A stretch of DNA of 64,000 nt, taken from Takakia lepidozioides. Lineage: Eukaryota; Plantae; Bryophyta. Positions 1-11,229 of the stretch are shown piece by piece. Where the stretch lies: positions 29,078,001 to 29,142,000 of the forward strand of contig CM060732.1 of NCBI GenBank assembly GCA_030704615.1, in the 5' to 3' direction. Under the pieces are notes generated by a model that did not search any database, was not told where the DNA came from, and worked only from the letters and a program-made list of their open reading frames with translations. The translations under genes and the position numbers were made by a program. Positions within the stretch are counted from its first letter, which is position 1; every line of letters starts with the position of its first letter.

Positions 1-561
1 ATATAGCCTGCAAGAAAATATAGCATTTTATAAATTTATGTAAATATAGGGTGGCCGATAAAGACCAAAATTAAAATAATACCCCCCTATAAAACATTTT
101 TTTTGCACGTGGTATATAAAAGATATAGGGAGTGACCTCCTCGAGTAGGTGAGCCATCATCATGGCCCATAGACCTTAGGTTCGGTTCCCAAAAATTAGA
201 CTCAATTATTTATTTTACGTGGAATATTATGCATTGGCCAATTAAAGGAGTAGTCGCCAACAACTACAACGATTGCGGGGAGTGGGAAACCGTTGCCGCA
301 CCCATTTTCGGGCTCGTGCATAGAGACAACACAATAGAGAGGAGGCAAAGTGATGGCAACGTCTATTTAGGGCTACGTTTTTGTTTTGACAGCTCACATT
401 CTCAACATTTTCTCTGTTTAGCTCATACGATGGAAACAGCCCATCTTGACGCAGGTAACGGCAATCCTCTGGCGCAGGAAACTGAGGAAGGCTGGTTTAG
501 CGGTCTCCGAATGATGAGGGGATAGCTACGGAGGAATGTACGACTGAAATAGGCGATTCGC

Positions 562-1038
562 ATGATGTTAATGTTGAAGCAGCTGACATTCCTGCTGTGG
601 AGGGCGACATGGGGGCAGGCCTGCCTCCCCTCAGCTGCTATATATCTCCAAATACGCCAAAGCGATCGCCGAGTGCATTGCATTTTCAAAATGTGGAGTG
701 CCTTGGATTCGGAGTCGTCAGAAGACTCCTCCGACAATAAGGACCATGAGGAAGCTGGGAAGTACCCTGTAGATGCCTTTGAAGAATTGGAGGTTGATGA
801 GCAAGACGACTTCCATTGGATCGGTGCTTCCATGGACTTCTTTCAGACTTCTGCTCCACAGTTTGTTTTGACGGCGAAAACAGACACATCGGACTCATGC
901 ACTATCTGCCTAGAGTTGGCACAATCGGGAAACTCTATATGCACGCTCAGTGTATGCTTCCACTCCTTCCACAGTACATGCATAGACATCTGGGTTCAGC
1001 TGAACGGCACATGCCCTCTGTGCCGGCGTACATTGTGA
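562..1038 (+). CDS. RING-H2 (C3H2C3) zinc-finger protein, intronless, possibly a decayed cargo gene
   Basis: C-terminal CTICLE...VCFHSFHSTCIDIWVQLNGTCPLCR has RING-H2 spacing, preceded by an acidic tract. The true start is uncertain. Confidence 0.75.
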   Translation: MMLMLKQLTFLLWRATWGQACLPSAAIYLQIRQSDRRVHCIFKMWSALDSESSEDSSDNKDHEEAGKYPVDAFEELEVDEQDDFHWIGASMDFFQTSAPQFVLTAKTDTSDSCTICLELAQSGNSICTLSVCFHSFHSTCIDIWVQLNGTCPLCRRTL

Positions 1039-1349
1039 GAAAGAAGTTCGAATTGCATTTTTATGTTGAATTGTGTTTCCCGGCTGTTTGTTGAGGGCCT
1101 CACTGTCTTGTTTACAGCTTTCCTTTGTATGAAAGCTTCCCACAACCATTATACATTATATTTAAAGTCTATGGCTCGGGATTTTGTGGCCTCTGGCTAA
1201 AGCACCATTTCATTTCATTTCTGTCGTTTGTTTTCATTTTGTCCCATCAGCTCTTTGCACTTTCCGCGCACGTTATGAGGTAACAAAAGAGAAAAGTAAC
1301 TACCGGCAGTGGCATGCACACGTTGGATCTCTTCAACTGCCACAAAAGT

Positions 1350-1680
1350 GTCTCTCTATTTCGGGCATTCCACGATGTTATCAGCGAAGATCTGGTTCGG
1401 AACATGGTGAGAGCGGATAGGCTGCACAAATGTCAAGATGGGTCCTTCCTACGGGGGGCACAGGAGAAAAGCCCCTGATTCGTGCAGACGTTCATGGAGC
1501 TCTGTTCACCAGAAGGAGGAGCAGTGGTGGATCTGACATCGGGATGCGGGGCGTCAATAGTCGCTCCAAGTGTTTGCCGTAGGCATTTGCTGGCGATGGA
1601 GGGGGATGAGGAGCTCCTTCGAGGGAGGCTTTGTGGATTACAACGGGTCGCACCAACGATGGAGATCCACACAGACACTA
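1350..1680 (+). pseudogene. Beta-class DNA amino-methyltransferase-like fragment (copy 1, SAM-binding half)
   Basis: Reads DGSFLRGAQEKSP*FVQTFMELCSPEGGAVVDLTSGCGASIVA..CRRHLLAMEGD. This resembles the N6_N4_Mtase C-terminal pattern KP..L..LI...S.PGD.VLDPF.GSGTT..A...GR..IG.E. One in-frame stop. Confidence 0.6.
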
Positions 1681-1789
1681 GCATGGTCCAAATTACTCCA
1701 ATTATATTTTCTCTTTGAAATCGACTGGTTTATAATAGACATTCCACAGTTTTTTCCAAATATAAATTTCCTCTTCGAAATCGGTTGGT

Positions 1790-2562
1790 TTAGGTCGGTG
1801 CCGACTATGCACTCTTTGACCATTGATTTTTACATGTGCACTAGTTTTTCTCACTTAAACTTGGAGCTCACATGAGCTCATATTTAGTTGGAATTCGTAT
1901 TAGTGTCTACTGCATGTCATACGATCCCAAGCATTTCTTCAAAATCGTGAGGGTCCAGTCGTTGGCATTTCTGTGGCTTTTGTGTTCATGTAACAATGAT
2001 TTCTTAAGGATACCGAGGAATCGTCGAGCGGATACTCGCTACTGACCGTGCCACTCTAGCCGGAACAGATAAGAGGACTTAGAAGTTGGTGCCGACTACC
2101 ACCACATGAGGTCATCAAAACTGTCGTTTTTACATGTTCTCAGAGAAAATATGTAGTCGGCAACGACTACAGTCGAATTTGTCAGTAGCTATTATCATGT
2201 TGGCGAATAGTCGTTGCCGACTGCCCCCACGCCAGCAGAAAAAAGAGAAGAGGTCACAGAAGTCAGTGCCAACTACCACCAACCGGGACTATGGCTGCTT
2301 CGAAGTAATACGAGAACTTCAAACACTTCCTTATGTTCCTCCTTGACATGGTCCAAATTTCTCGAATGAAATTGTTTCTTTGAAATCGATTGGTTGAAGT
2401 CGGTGCCGACTTCGCACTATTTGGCCTCCAAATTGTGCATATGCGGCTGTTTTATTCACTAAACTTGTAGCTAAAATGACCAAAGAAATGAGTTGGCGTA
2501 CGTATGTTTACAATCATAAGCATTTTAGGCAATTCAAATCATTGAAGTCGTTGCCGACTTCA
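1790..2562. repeat. Dispersed short palindromes AGTCG-N4-CGACT, overlapping a diverged duplication of about 150 bp
   Basis: Variants near 1793, 2083, 2155, 2209, 2260, 2398 and 2546. Segment 1683-1870 resembles 2347-2480. Confidence 0.6.
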
Positions 2563-5274
2563 AGGTATATAAGAAAGACTTCCATGTATTTTCCACAAGA
2601 TTTCTTCAAAACATCAGGGGGATGAGTTTGCTGAAAGCTTGGTGAAAGATGACAGTTTCCAGTTTCGCAGATTTCCGCTGTGGTACATCATCCTTATCAA
2701 TTCAAAATGAGAGGATCTTGGGTGCAGAATGTTGACAATGCGTTTCTATCACTCAAAGAAGTCCTCTTCTTCGAGTTTTTCTTCTTGTTCAACCACACGG
2801 CGCTTGTCCTTCAAATCAGATCCTACCAGCTAGCCAAAGCTCGGGGAGGTCAATTCACATCAAGGGAGGGACCGTGATCACGTGTTGGCCGTCAAGCTGA
2901 CCACTTCAATTGTTACTAAAAATTTTAACAGGACGGATACACGCTTCAACAAAAACTATAACGGTGAAGAGAATTTACAAGATCTAACAACTTACTGATC
3001 ACCAGAAACTTGAAATATGAACAACGATGAAAAACTGAAATATGAACAATGTCTGATTGCAGTTCTTCAATATATCACACAAAATAAATAGCTGATCATC
3101 ACCGCTCATTATAGTTGGTGTACGTCCAAAGGCTAGACACATTTCTATCAGTATGAGTAAAAAGAGAATGGGAGGCAGAGCGAGCGAGGAAGAAAGAGCA
3201 AAGAAGAAAACAAGATTATGCTTACCGAGCTTTGAATGGGGCGTGGTGCAAATTCTTGTACTCTGGTTTTCAATTTTCCTTTCTTAAGCACTTAGAGGCC
3301 AGTAGCCTGGGTGCATTTTGGCTAAGTCCCTTAATGAAATTTGTTGTTGGTTTCTGCGGATGAAATCGCGGTTTGTCATCCAATGCAACTTTCTAAATGA
3401 GAACTTATGCGGATAGATTCCACTCCTTCACGCGACATTCGGGCTATTAGTCTAGAGCTCCTAGCATAGACACGGGCTGCTCGAGAGGGAGAGTCATCAC
3501 ACCGGGCTTCAAGCACGAGGTTGTGCGCTTAACGGTTTTGAAGAAGTATTTCGGCGCTCTCTCTATATTTGGCGGTATATTTAGAGCCTGAGGGGTTGCA
3601 TCTTGTTTTGTGTCAGCAATGGTGTCTGGCGGGCATCAGATGAGCTGGGATGGGGGCAGTCAGCAACAGACAATGGCGGCGAGGAATTATGAGCGTGATA
3701 GAGCTCCAACGATATACAAGAAATGATGGCACCGGATATTAGCTTTTGCAATGCCGCTCGACTTCCCTTTGGAAAGTAGAGATGGAGGGGAGAGATGGAG
3801 AGTTGTGGATGATCATGAGGAGGACCATAGTGGAGGAGGAGTGATTCAGCTGTAGGAAAAATATTCTCTTTTGGTTCGATTGTATTTTTGGGGCATGTGA
3901 AAGAGCAGTAATATGGAGGTTAAGGTCGTAGGGTGATGCCTAAGAGAATGCAACGAGACACGATCCGTGAGTTTTTGCCTTATGGCAGCCTACGGGCATG
4001 TAAAGGATTTAAATTTTTCCCTTCAATAATCTTGAATAAAATTCTCAAAAGCTACCTCCCCTTTCAAAAAAAAAAAAAGAGCCAAAGCCGGTGGACATCT
4101 ACACGGCTGTCGGAAAGGTGGTTATTGCATGCGGGCCCACATGGCTATTGCCTTGGGAAAGTGGCAATTGCATGTGGGGCCCATTTGGCGGCTGCATGCA
4201 GCACTAACCGCTAGGAGCCATCAGAACGACACGACGACGAACCGGTGGTCGATGTAGGGCCCCTGACCACTGCCATCTTGGAAGAGCACAGTAATATCTT
4301 TCTTGAAATTTCGGTAAAAGCACACGTTTCTTGAGCAGAGTTTGGAGTTCGTTGTTCCTCATCGTGCAGAGCCCAATGGAGCCTAAAACAACTTGCATGA
4401 ATGTTGTTGAAAGCTCACTAGCACCCCCCAGCAAAGGATCTTGTCAAAATGTTGATGTTGTCGGATTTTCGAGCACAACCCTCTACCTTCGAGCACGGAG
4501 CAGAGCTGGCATGAGTTTCTTAAAGATCCTTCACAATGGTGGGACAACCGCAATCGCAAGGTGTGGCTTTTTCTTCGTGTACGATGTGAAGAAGTTTGTC
4601 CATCCTGCAAATGTGGGCTCTTGGCTCCTGTTAGTACCATGATTTGGTATTCTTCCTTATGTTTACAAGGTTCTTGGGAGAGTCAGCTTGGTCTTAGCAG
4701 GCCGTGTTTCAATCTCTGCCTGCTCATCTGCACCGTGGTGGTTCTCACAGACCAATCCGAGATTACCTAACTACAGACACAAGCATCACACACAAGATGT
4801 CATTTTGGGTTGATGGTCGGTCAAATCCTCCATGGGTCGTGACACAAGGTCAAGGACAATGTGGTGAGGGCACCTTCTTCTTTGAACTATTTCAGTCTGT
4901 TTTGCGCTCTCATCATATTCGGCCTTGAATTTGCATATTGAATCTGATGTCTGCAAGTTGTAGCCTTTCATTCGCCATATGTTGCAGTGGATCTGTGGTG
5001 GTTGGAATGAATTTGACAAGTTAGTGCTGATGTGGCAGCAGGGAAGTATCCAAAAACACCTAGTTATCATTCCTGACGTGACGTGGCGCTGACACGTCAG
5101 CCGTTACGTCCGACGTGCGTCATGTCACGTCGAATCCGGACGTTTACCCATGTAATTTTTTTTCCATTTGACTTTTACGATTTACTTCTACCCTTTGTAA
5201 TGACATGGCAGCCGTGGTGTAAAACAAACGTGGCCAATTATTAATATTTATTAAATTTTTTTTAACAAAATTAA

Positions 5275-5546
5275 GTGACCGCCAGTATTGGCGGTCGCCG
5301 GTAATTTATTTATTTTTAAATGAAGCGACCGCCCATATTGGCGGTCGCTCGTAATTTATTTATTTATTTATAAATGAAGCGACCTCCCATATTGGCGGTC
5401 GCCCGTAATTTATTTATTTTTAAATGAAGCGACCGCCCATATTGGCGATCGCCCATAATTTATTTATTTATAAATGAAGCGACCGCCCATATTGGCGGTC
5501 GCTCTTCTTGTTTTTATAAATATAGCGACCGCCATGCAGCGGTCGC
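5275..5546 (+). repeat. Tandem palindrome array, about 50 bp unit, GCGACCGCC-N6-GGCGGTCGC with AT-rich linkers
   Basis: Six copies read directly, e.g. AAATGAAGCGACCGCCCATATTGGCGGTCGC. Confidence 0.9.
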
Positions 5547-5564
5547 GTGTTTTTTTTTTTTCTT

Positions 5565-5651
5565 TGTCGTGCGCATACGTATCGCTACATAACTACATCG
5601 CTGTCCAAACCACACCACACATATATGCACAATAAAGTAGTCTGCCACAAT
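5565..5651 (-). repeat. Element 1 repeat A, outer copy (87 bp)
   Basis: Matches 6009-6095 with 2 substitutions. Confidence 0.95.
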
Positions 5652-5652
5652 A

Positions 5653-6006
5653 GATAAGAAAAGCTAAAAGACACACTCTTAATACAAGAAACATGAAATC
5701 CATCTCGTCATCACTCTTTCAAATAGAAGTCGAGCCAGGGGCACCCCAAGCTATGGGGACTCCACCCCACAACAACCTACACTCCCATCATAAGCACACT
5801 CAGTCCTGAACGATGAAGGAGCTCGGTCGCGCAGGCTCAACTCGAGAGAGATGAGCTGTGCGACTGCCGCTCTCGTGAAGATAAGGCGGTTCAGGTGTCA
5901 AACTAAACTTGACACCTGATTTAACACTTGACATAAATCCAAGTGTTAAATACAAATAACTAGCTTTATTCTAGTTGTTTTCACACTGTGCTTATTTAAC
6001 TTGACA
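5653..6006 (-). repeat. Element 1 repeat B, 3' copy (354 bp)
   Basis: Matches 23925-24278 with 4 substitutions by eye. Confidence 0.95.
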
Positions 6007-6008
6007 GC

Positions 6009-6095
6009 TGTTGTGCGCATACGTATCGCTACATAACTACATCGCTGTCCAAACCACACCACACATATATGCACAATAAAGTAGTTTGCCACAAT
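6009..6095 (-). repeat. Element 1 repeat A, inner copy
   Basis: Direct repeat of 5565-5651, separated from B by the dinucleotide GC. Confidence 0.95.
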
Positions 6096-6106
6096 CGCCC
6101 CCCTAG
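6096..6106 (-). other. Polypurine tract of element 1
   Basis: Minus strand reads CTAGGGGGGCG-AT-TGTGGCA, i.e. a G-rich tract, 2 nt, then TG. Confidence 0.7.
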
Positions 6107-6353
6107 CTGGTGGATAGGTCCCTCTACCTCCAGATAGCTACAAGATGTAATAGCCACAGCCGTACTAAGTCCTCTATCACTGTCCCTGTTGTACTCAAAC
6201 TCTATAGACTAAGTGGCCGGGTACAAGAGTAGCCCCATCGTTAGTCGCCGTCTTGCAATCTATGAACTTGAGTCAAGACCTCGTGTGTTCAAGGTCCCCT
6301 AGTAGCTTGGCCTTGCGTTTCTTGTTAGCCCTCCATGGTTGTATCCACTCCCA

Positions 6354-7576
6354 CTATCCAATGCAATGTGGACATAACCAATCCCCATCCGGAACCATCT
6401 CAAGAGGTGGAGTCAAGCAGCCCATATGCCAACCTCTAGAGCATCGATCACACACCAGCATGGTGACTACCCCTCTAGCAGACCCACGCAACATACACCT
6501 CAAACCTGCAAATACCACTGCCAGGTTTGGGTCAATTCTGCCATCGACATTCGGAAGGTGACATGGCGCACAATTACGCACATGGTCCTTCCAAGTTATG
6601 CCATCCCGACCCTCCAAGACCCTGAGGGCAAGACCTCTCGAACCCTCAAAATAACACGTCATGCAGTCACATCCAAGGTCGTAGGAGCAGTCTGCTGCAG
6701 GTAAACATAGTCACTAGGGTTGAATCTCCGAACCCCAGGACGATAGCCCCCACCACGTATGGTAGCATACCTCAACGTATCACGGTGTTGTGCGATGACA
6801 AGGTTTTCGAAAGCCATGGGCATGACTTACTTGAACAACTCTGCACGCTGCTCACATGCACGTGCCCACACGTCCGGATCGTCAAGGTTAAGAACTGCAG
6901 CACCTTCTCTGCGAATGGATGCAGGCAAATCCGACTCTCGGCCAAAGAGAAGAAAGTATGGTGAGAAGGAGGCAAGTGATGCTTGCTTGCTGAACCTGTA
7001 GCCCATGGCTAACCAGGGTAACTGAAGGTCCCAATCTCCTAGGTGTCCCTTCTGCAAGCCATACTTGCGCAAACCCCTCTTTACTGTCTGAACAACTCTC
7101 TCTGCCAAGCCATCGGCCTCATGATGATCCCGAGAAGTGGTGCGGTGGTCTATTAAGGCCTTGTCACACAAAGCCTGAAACTCCCCCAAGAACTCTTTCC
7201 CTTGGTCCGTGAGTACCTCAGCTGGAGCACCGAATCGGCTAAGCACACAATCCAAGAATGCATACGCAGCTCCCTCACTAGCCTTATCAGGCAATGGAAC
7301 CAACTCAATCCACTTGGAGAAGTGCTCCACCATCACCAACACGTACTTGTTGTGACGCATGGTCAGTGGCAATGGCCCTGCGAAGTCAAGACTCCACCTG
7401 TAGCCCAATCCCATGATCGAAAGAGGGTGCAATTGTGGAGTAGGGGCGTTGAATGAAGCACGCACCCTGTCACACACCATGCACCTAGCCACAAATTGTT
7501 GCACCTCTGTGTGCATACCACGCCACCAATACTGCCCTTGCAGTAGACTATGAGTGCGTCGCACCCCAAAATGCCC
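6354..7576 (-). pseudogene. Element 1 DDE integrase core and C-terminal PHD finger
   Basis: CMVC, WSLDFAG, VEHFSKW, LTDQGKEF and DGLAERVVQTVK motifs. Then MLVCDRCSRGWHMGCLTPPLEMVPDGDWLCPHC. Stops lie between core and PHD. Confidence 0.92.
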
Positions 7577-8033
7577 CCCGGGGGGTGCACTCTTTAAAAA
7601 CTGTGCGTATCACGTGCGTTCGTCGCCTAATAAAAAAACCCCCTGTATACGGGTCCTTGGATAATTTATACCCCCTCTGTACATACTTTTTTGAAGATTA
7701 TAAAATCCCCTCCTGTAAATATACAAAAATTTACAATTTTCGAAAAGTACCCCCTTCTGTATGTATATTCTCATTTTTCATCATTAAAAATAACCCTCCA
7801 ATATGTATATGTATGTTTTTATATTATATCGAATTTATTCTTTTAAAACATAATAAAATCTAAAAAATTAATTAAAAAATTTATTTGCCTTTGATAAAGT
7901 TGTCAAAGACTTTTCGGTCATTTGCATCAAGAACATATGTGTTTGACTTGACATTGTACTTTAAACATGCTAACGCGATAATGGAATCCAAATCAACCAT
8001 CATGTTATCCGTCAAATCGTACGTATAGACCCC

Positions 8034-9044
8034 TCATTTCACATGCTCTGTCAAAGAAGATTGCAAAGAACCTGTCCTTGGAAACAAGAGTAGCCACTTC
8101 AAATCCAGTGGGCACCTAATCCTTATGGAACCCAACTGCGAATAGTCTCCAATTGTGGCTTCCACAATCTCAAATCTGTTTCCAGGATTGTCCTCACAAA
8201 ACCGAGCGACTTCCTCTAATGCCTCCTTCACCCTGTTCTTCTTTGCGTCTAATGCTTCATCTGCATTTACAGGGCTGATGACACATTGTGATGAACCCTT
8301 CCCATGACGCCTCTCATAGGCTATGCGATGCCCCTCACTCCTCAAATGAGATCTCATAAAGTTTGCACATGCATCATATGGTTTGTTTTTCCCAGACCGT
8401 GCATAAACATCCTCACACTCAACACACCATATGTGGAACATTGCTTGTCCTTGTTGATCCTTTGTCATCAGCTCAAACTTGTCACATCGTCCTTCTGCAG
8501 AGATTTTCCTTTCAACGGCTCTAATCTCTTTCTGCCATTTTTGAATATCGTTGGATGTAGCCAACGTGCTGCACAATCTACCAGATCTCTGCTGAAGTGC
8601 ATGCTCATGTGCATGGTCTTCATTTCCACCATCGCCAACAAAGGGTGTATCAGGGTCCATCCTCATCTTGGTAGACACTGGTGCCGGGTCCTCGCCTGGT
8701 CTGTCCTCATGCAAGATCGTAGAACCACTGGAAGATAGAGGTCTTTTCAATCCTTGGTCCCCATCATTTTGGTCTGAAATCTTAATGTGTACAGTATCCC
8801 CTTTCAGAACCATCCTCTCTTCTTGCTTGGCTGAAAGGACACTACCCCCCATGGAAAGGAAATGAAATTTTGCTGAGACAAGCTCATCACCTATAATTTC
8901 TGCTCGGATGCATTTGTATGTGACACCTTGCATAGTGAACACAGAACCAAGCCTGTTTGGTGATGCATCTCCTCCAACAAGCAGGACTTTTACTTCCAAC
9001 TCTTCTTCCATGATGAGTTCACCTGCAAAATGCAATGAAAACAT
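8034..9044 (-). CDS. Uncharacterised 336 aa ORF or exon with a C2H2-like motif, cargo of the TIR element
   Basis: Long open frame containing IWCVEC...FMRSHLRSEGH. A TTTGCAG acceptor near 9023 suggests upstream exons. Confidence 0.55.
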   Translation of the reverse strand: MFSLHFAGELIMEEELEVKVLLVGGDASPNRLGSVFTMQGVTYKCIRAEIIGDELVSAKFHFLSMGGSVLSAKQEERMVLKGDTVHIKISDQNDGDQGLKRPLSSSGSTILHEDRPGEDPAPVSTKMRMDPDTPFVGDGGNEDHAHEHALQQRSGRLCSTLATSNDIQKWQKEIRAVERKISAEGRCDKFELMTKDQQGQAMFHIWCVECEDVYARSGKNKPYDACANFMRSHLRSEGHRIAYERRHGKGSSQCVISPVNADEALDAKKNRVKEALEEVARFCEDNPGNRFEIVEATIGDYSQLGSIRIRCPLDLKWLLLFPRTGSLQSSLTEHVK

Positions 9045-10094
9045 TTCAAATCAGACCTTGATAGACCAATAACAAAGCACCCGGGTTGGAAGGTTCCAAA
9101 GTCCTGTTTTATACAACCCTATAGGCTGTCTAAGTAGGAACTACGTTCATAAGAGGATGAAATGTATACAGAAGCAAGTACCTGATTGATGAGTTTGATG
9201 TTGTTAATTTTTGCTGCTGCTATTGACCAAATGCTGCTACTTCCACTGCTGGTAGCCCTCTTGGGTGATCTTGAACCCACAGTCCATCCTTGCATCAGCG
9301 GCTAGCCCTCCCTCCACACTAACATATTTAAATACAAAGTTCTGTCAAACTCCCTACGATGTTGCATGAAGAAAGCTCACCTTGTTGACAATATTGTCCC
9401 ACCGCTATGGATCAAATTTATAGAACTTCTGCCAGTGCTGTTCCTTGCTCCAAATCTGGCCCTCTTGGATGATTTTGCACCCACGATCCTCTCCCTGCAT
9501 CAACAGCTACCCCTCCCTCCACACTAACAATGCGTACATCATGCCTCTGCAGCTACTACTGTGGCTTCCAGTTGACCATCTACCCATCCAGGTTTCTTGT
9601 AGCTCTCATTCCACATGGAATCATAGGTAATCTGGAGCTTGGAATCCGCCATCTGGAAATCTAGGGACGACTCTGATAATAGGGAAAAACAGGCTGAAAT
9701 GTGTTGAAGAAGGTACCTTCATTAGCAGTCCCTTGTTCTATCTATTATCTTTTTTTAGGTACTGTCATGCTACCACCTCGGCAGCAACTTGCAAAGTCAC
9801 TCCAGAGCACCGCAGATCCACCCAACGAGCTAACTTACATAATTCAATACATATGCTTCAGGGCTGAGTCTGATGAGAGGGAAAAACAGGCTGAAACAGG
9901 TCAAACCAGAAGGTGCCCTCAGGCTGAAATACGTTGAAGAATGTACCTTTCATCAGCAGTGCCTTGCTTTATCAATTGCCCTGTTGCCGCTGCTGTTTCC
10001 AGTTGACCATCCACCCACATTGTCCCACCATTGACTGGGGTCAGAAAAGTGTCTCATTCCAAATCTTCTCTTCATCTCTGTGGTGCTATTGTAG

Positions 10095-10720
10095 GGTGAC
10101 TTCAATGCCCAAGTGGGCAAAGGGCTCCATCAGGACGATATCATTGGGTCTTCTGGTGAGGACGAGCTGAATTCTAATGGCAGACGGTTAATTAACTGTT
10201 TGGAAGAGCTTCAGCTTTTGACCTTGATTAACAAGACAAGAGGTGACCAAGTGCAGTGGACTCGTGAGAAATCCCAAACTGGGGAACGTTCCATTGTGGA
10301 CTATATCATAATGGACAAAAATTTGTTCCCCCAGTGTGCCAATGTGTTGATCGACAGAACTGATATTGGTACCTCTGACCACTTTCTGGACTGAGATCAA
10401 AAGGTGTTTTCCCAAGGCCAGAGTAGAAGAGATTCTCAAGGACCTGGACCTGGATCCGCAAGTCTTGACCCTGCTGGATAAATCAGACTTAGAGGCTGTA
10501 GTGTCCAAAGCCATGTCTATTGCCATGAGATTGTCTGATGAAAATGAAGTTAGGCATAAAACTTCCCTGAACTTGTTTCTAGTCAGTGACATGGGGGAGG
10601 ACATCTTGGATGACCTCAAGGGTCCACCCACTCTCGGCACTAGACTGAAATTTAAACTCAGGGAAGGAAGCCTACCTTTGAACATGAAACAAAAGCAGAG
10701 AGGAAAGGGGGAGTGCACTC
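10095..10720 (+). pseudogene. Second, inverted and internally deleted LINE fragment
   Basis: GDFNAQVGKGLHQDDIIG...SIVDYI...GTSDHFL is an APE C-terminus. It is joined to ILKDLDLDPQVL...GKGEC, which matches 11600-11895 in reverse. Confidence 0.85.
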
Positions 10721-11229
10721 TCCCAAGTGAACCTGCATCATTCAGTTGGCAAGACCGTGTCTGAAAAATTGATCCATTTGAAGACACCACGGTGCAGCTG
10801 AGCACAGCCTGACATGACAACAATTAAACATCATACTGAGACAAGAGAAGCAGTCAAGGACACAGTCATGCATATGGCAGCAAGTGATCACCCTTCAAAC
10901 ATGATTGAAAACATACATGAGGTCAAAGGCAATAAGAAATCAGCGAAGGGTACTGCAGCTAACAGTTGGAGTGTCTTTAAAGACAAAGGGAAGAGAAAGA
11001 AACACTTCACTGGCAATGAGGGGAGGCGGTGGAAACGCCAAGAGGATGGCACAAATGATAGAAATAACAGGGCAGGGCAAAGGATCCTGCAGGAAGAAGA
11101 AATGGTGGAAAGGACGTGCGGCTCATTCCAACAGAAAGGGGAACATTCGTGCAGTTAAGTACAACAACCAATTGCCCTTCAATTATGGCTGGAATTTTCC
11201 AAAAGGCGAGGGATGATAAGGATGAGATT

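Noticed and set aside
4204-5070. Short minus-strand ORF pieces that look like a decayed gene
   Set aside because: No motif I can name with confidence.
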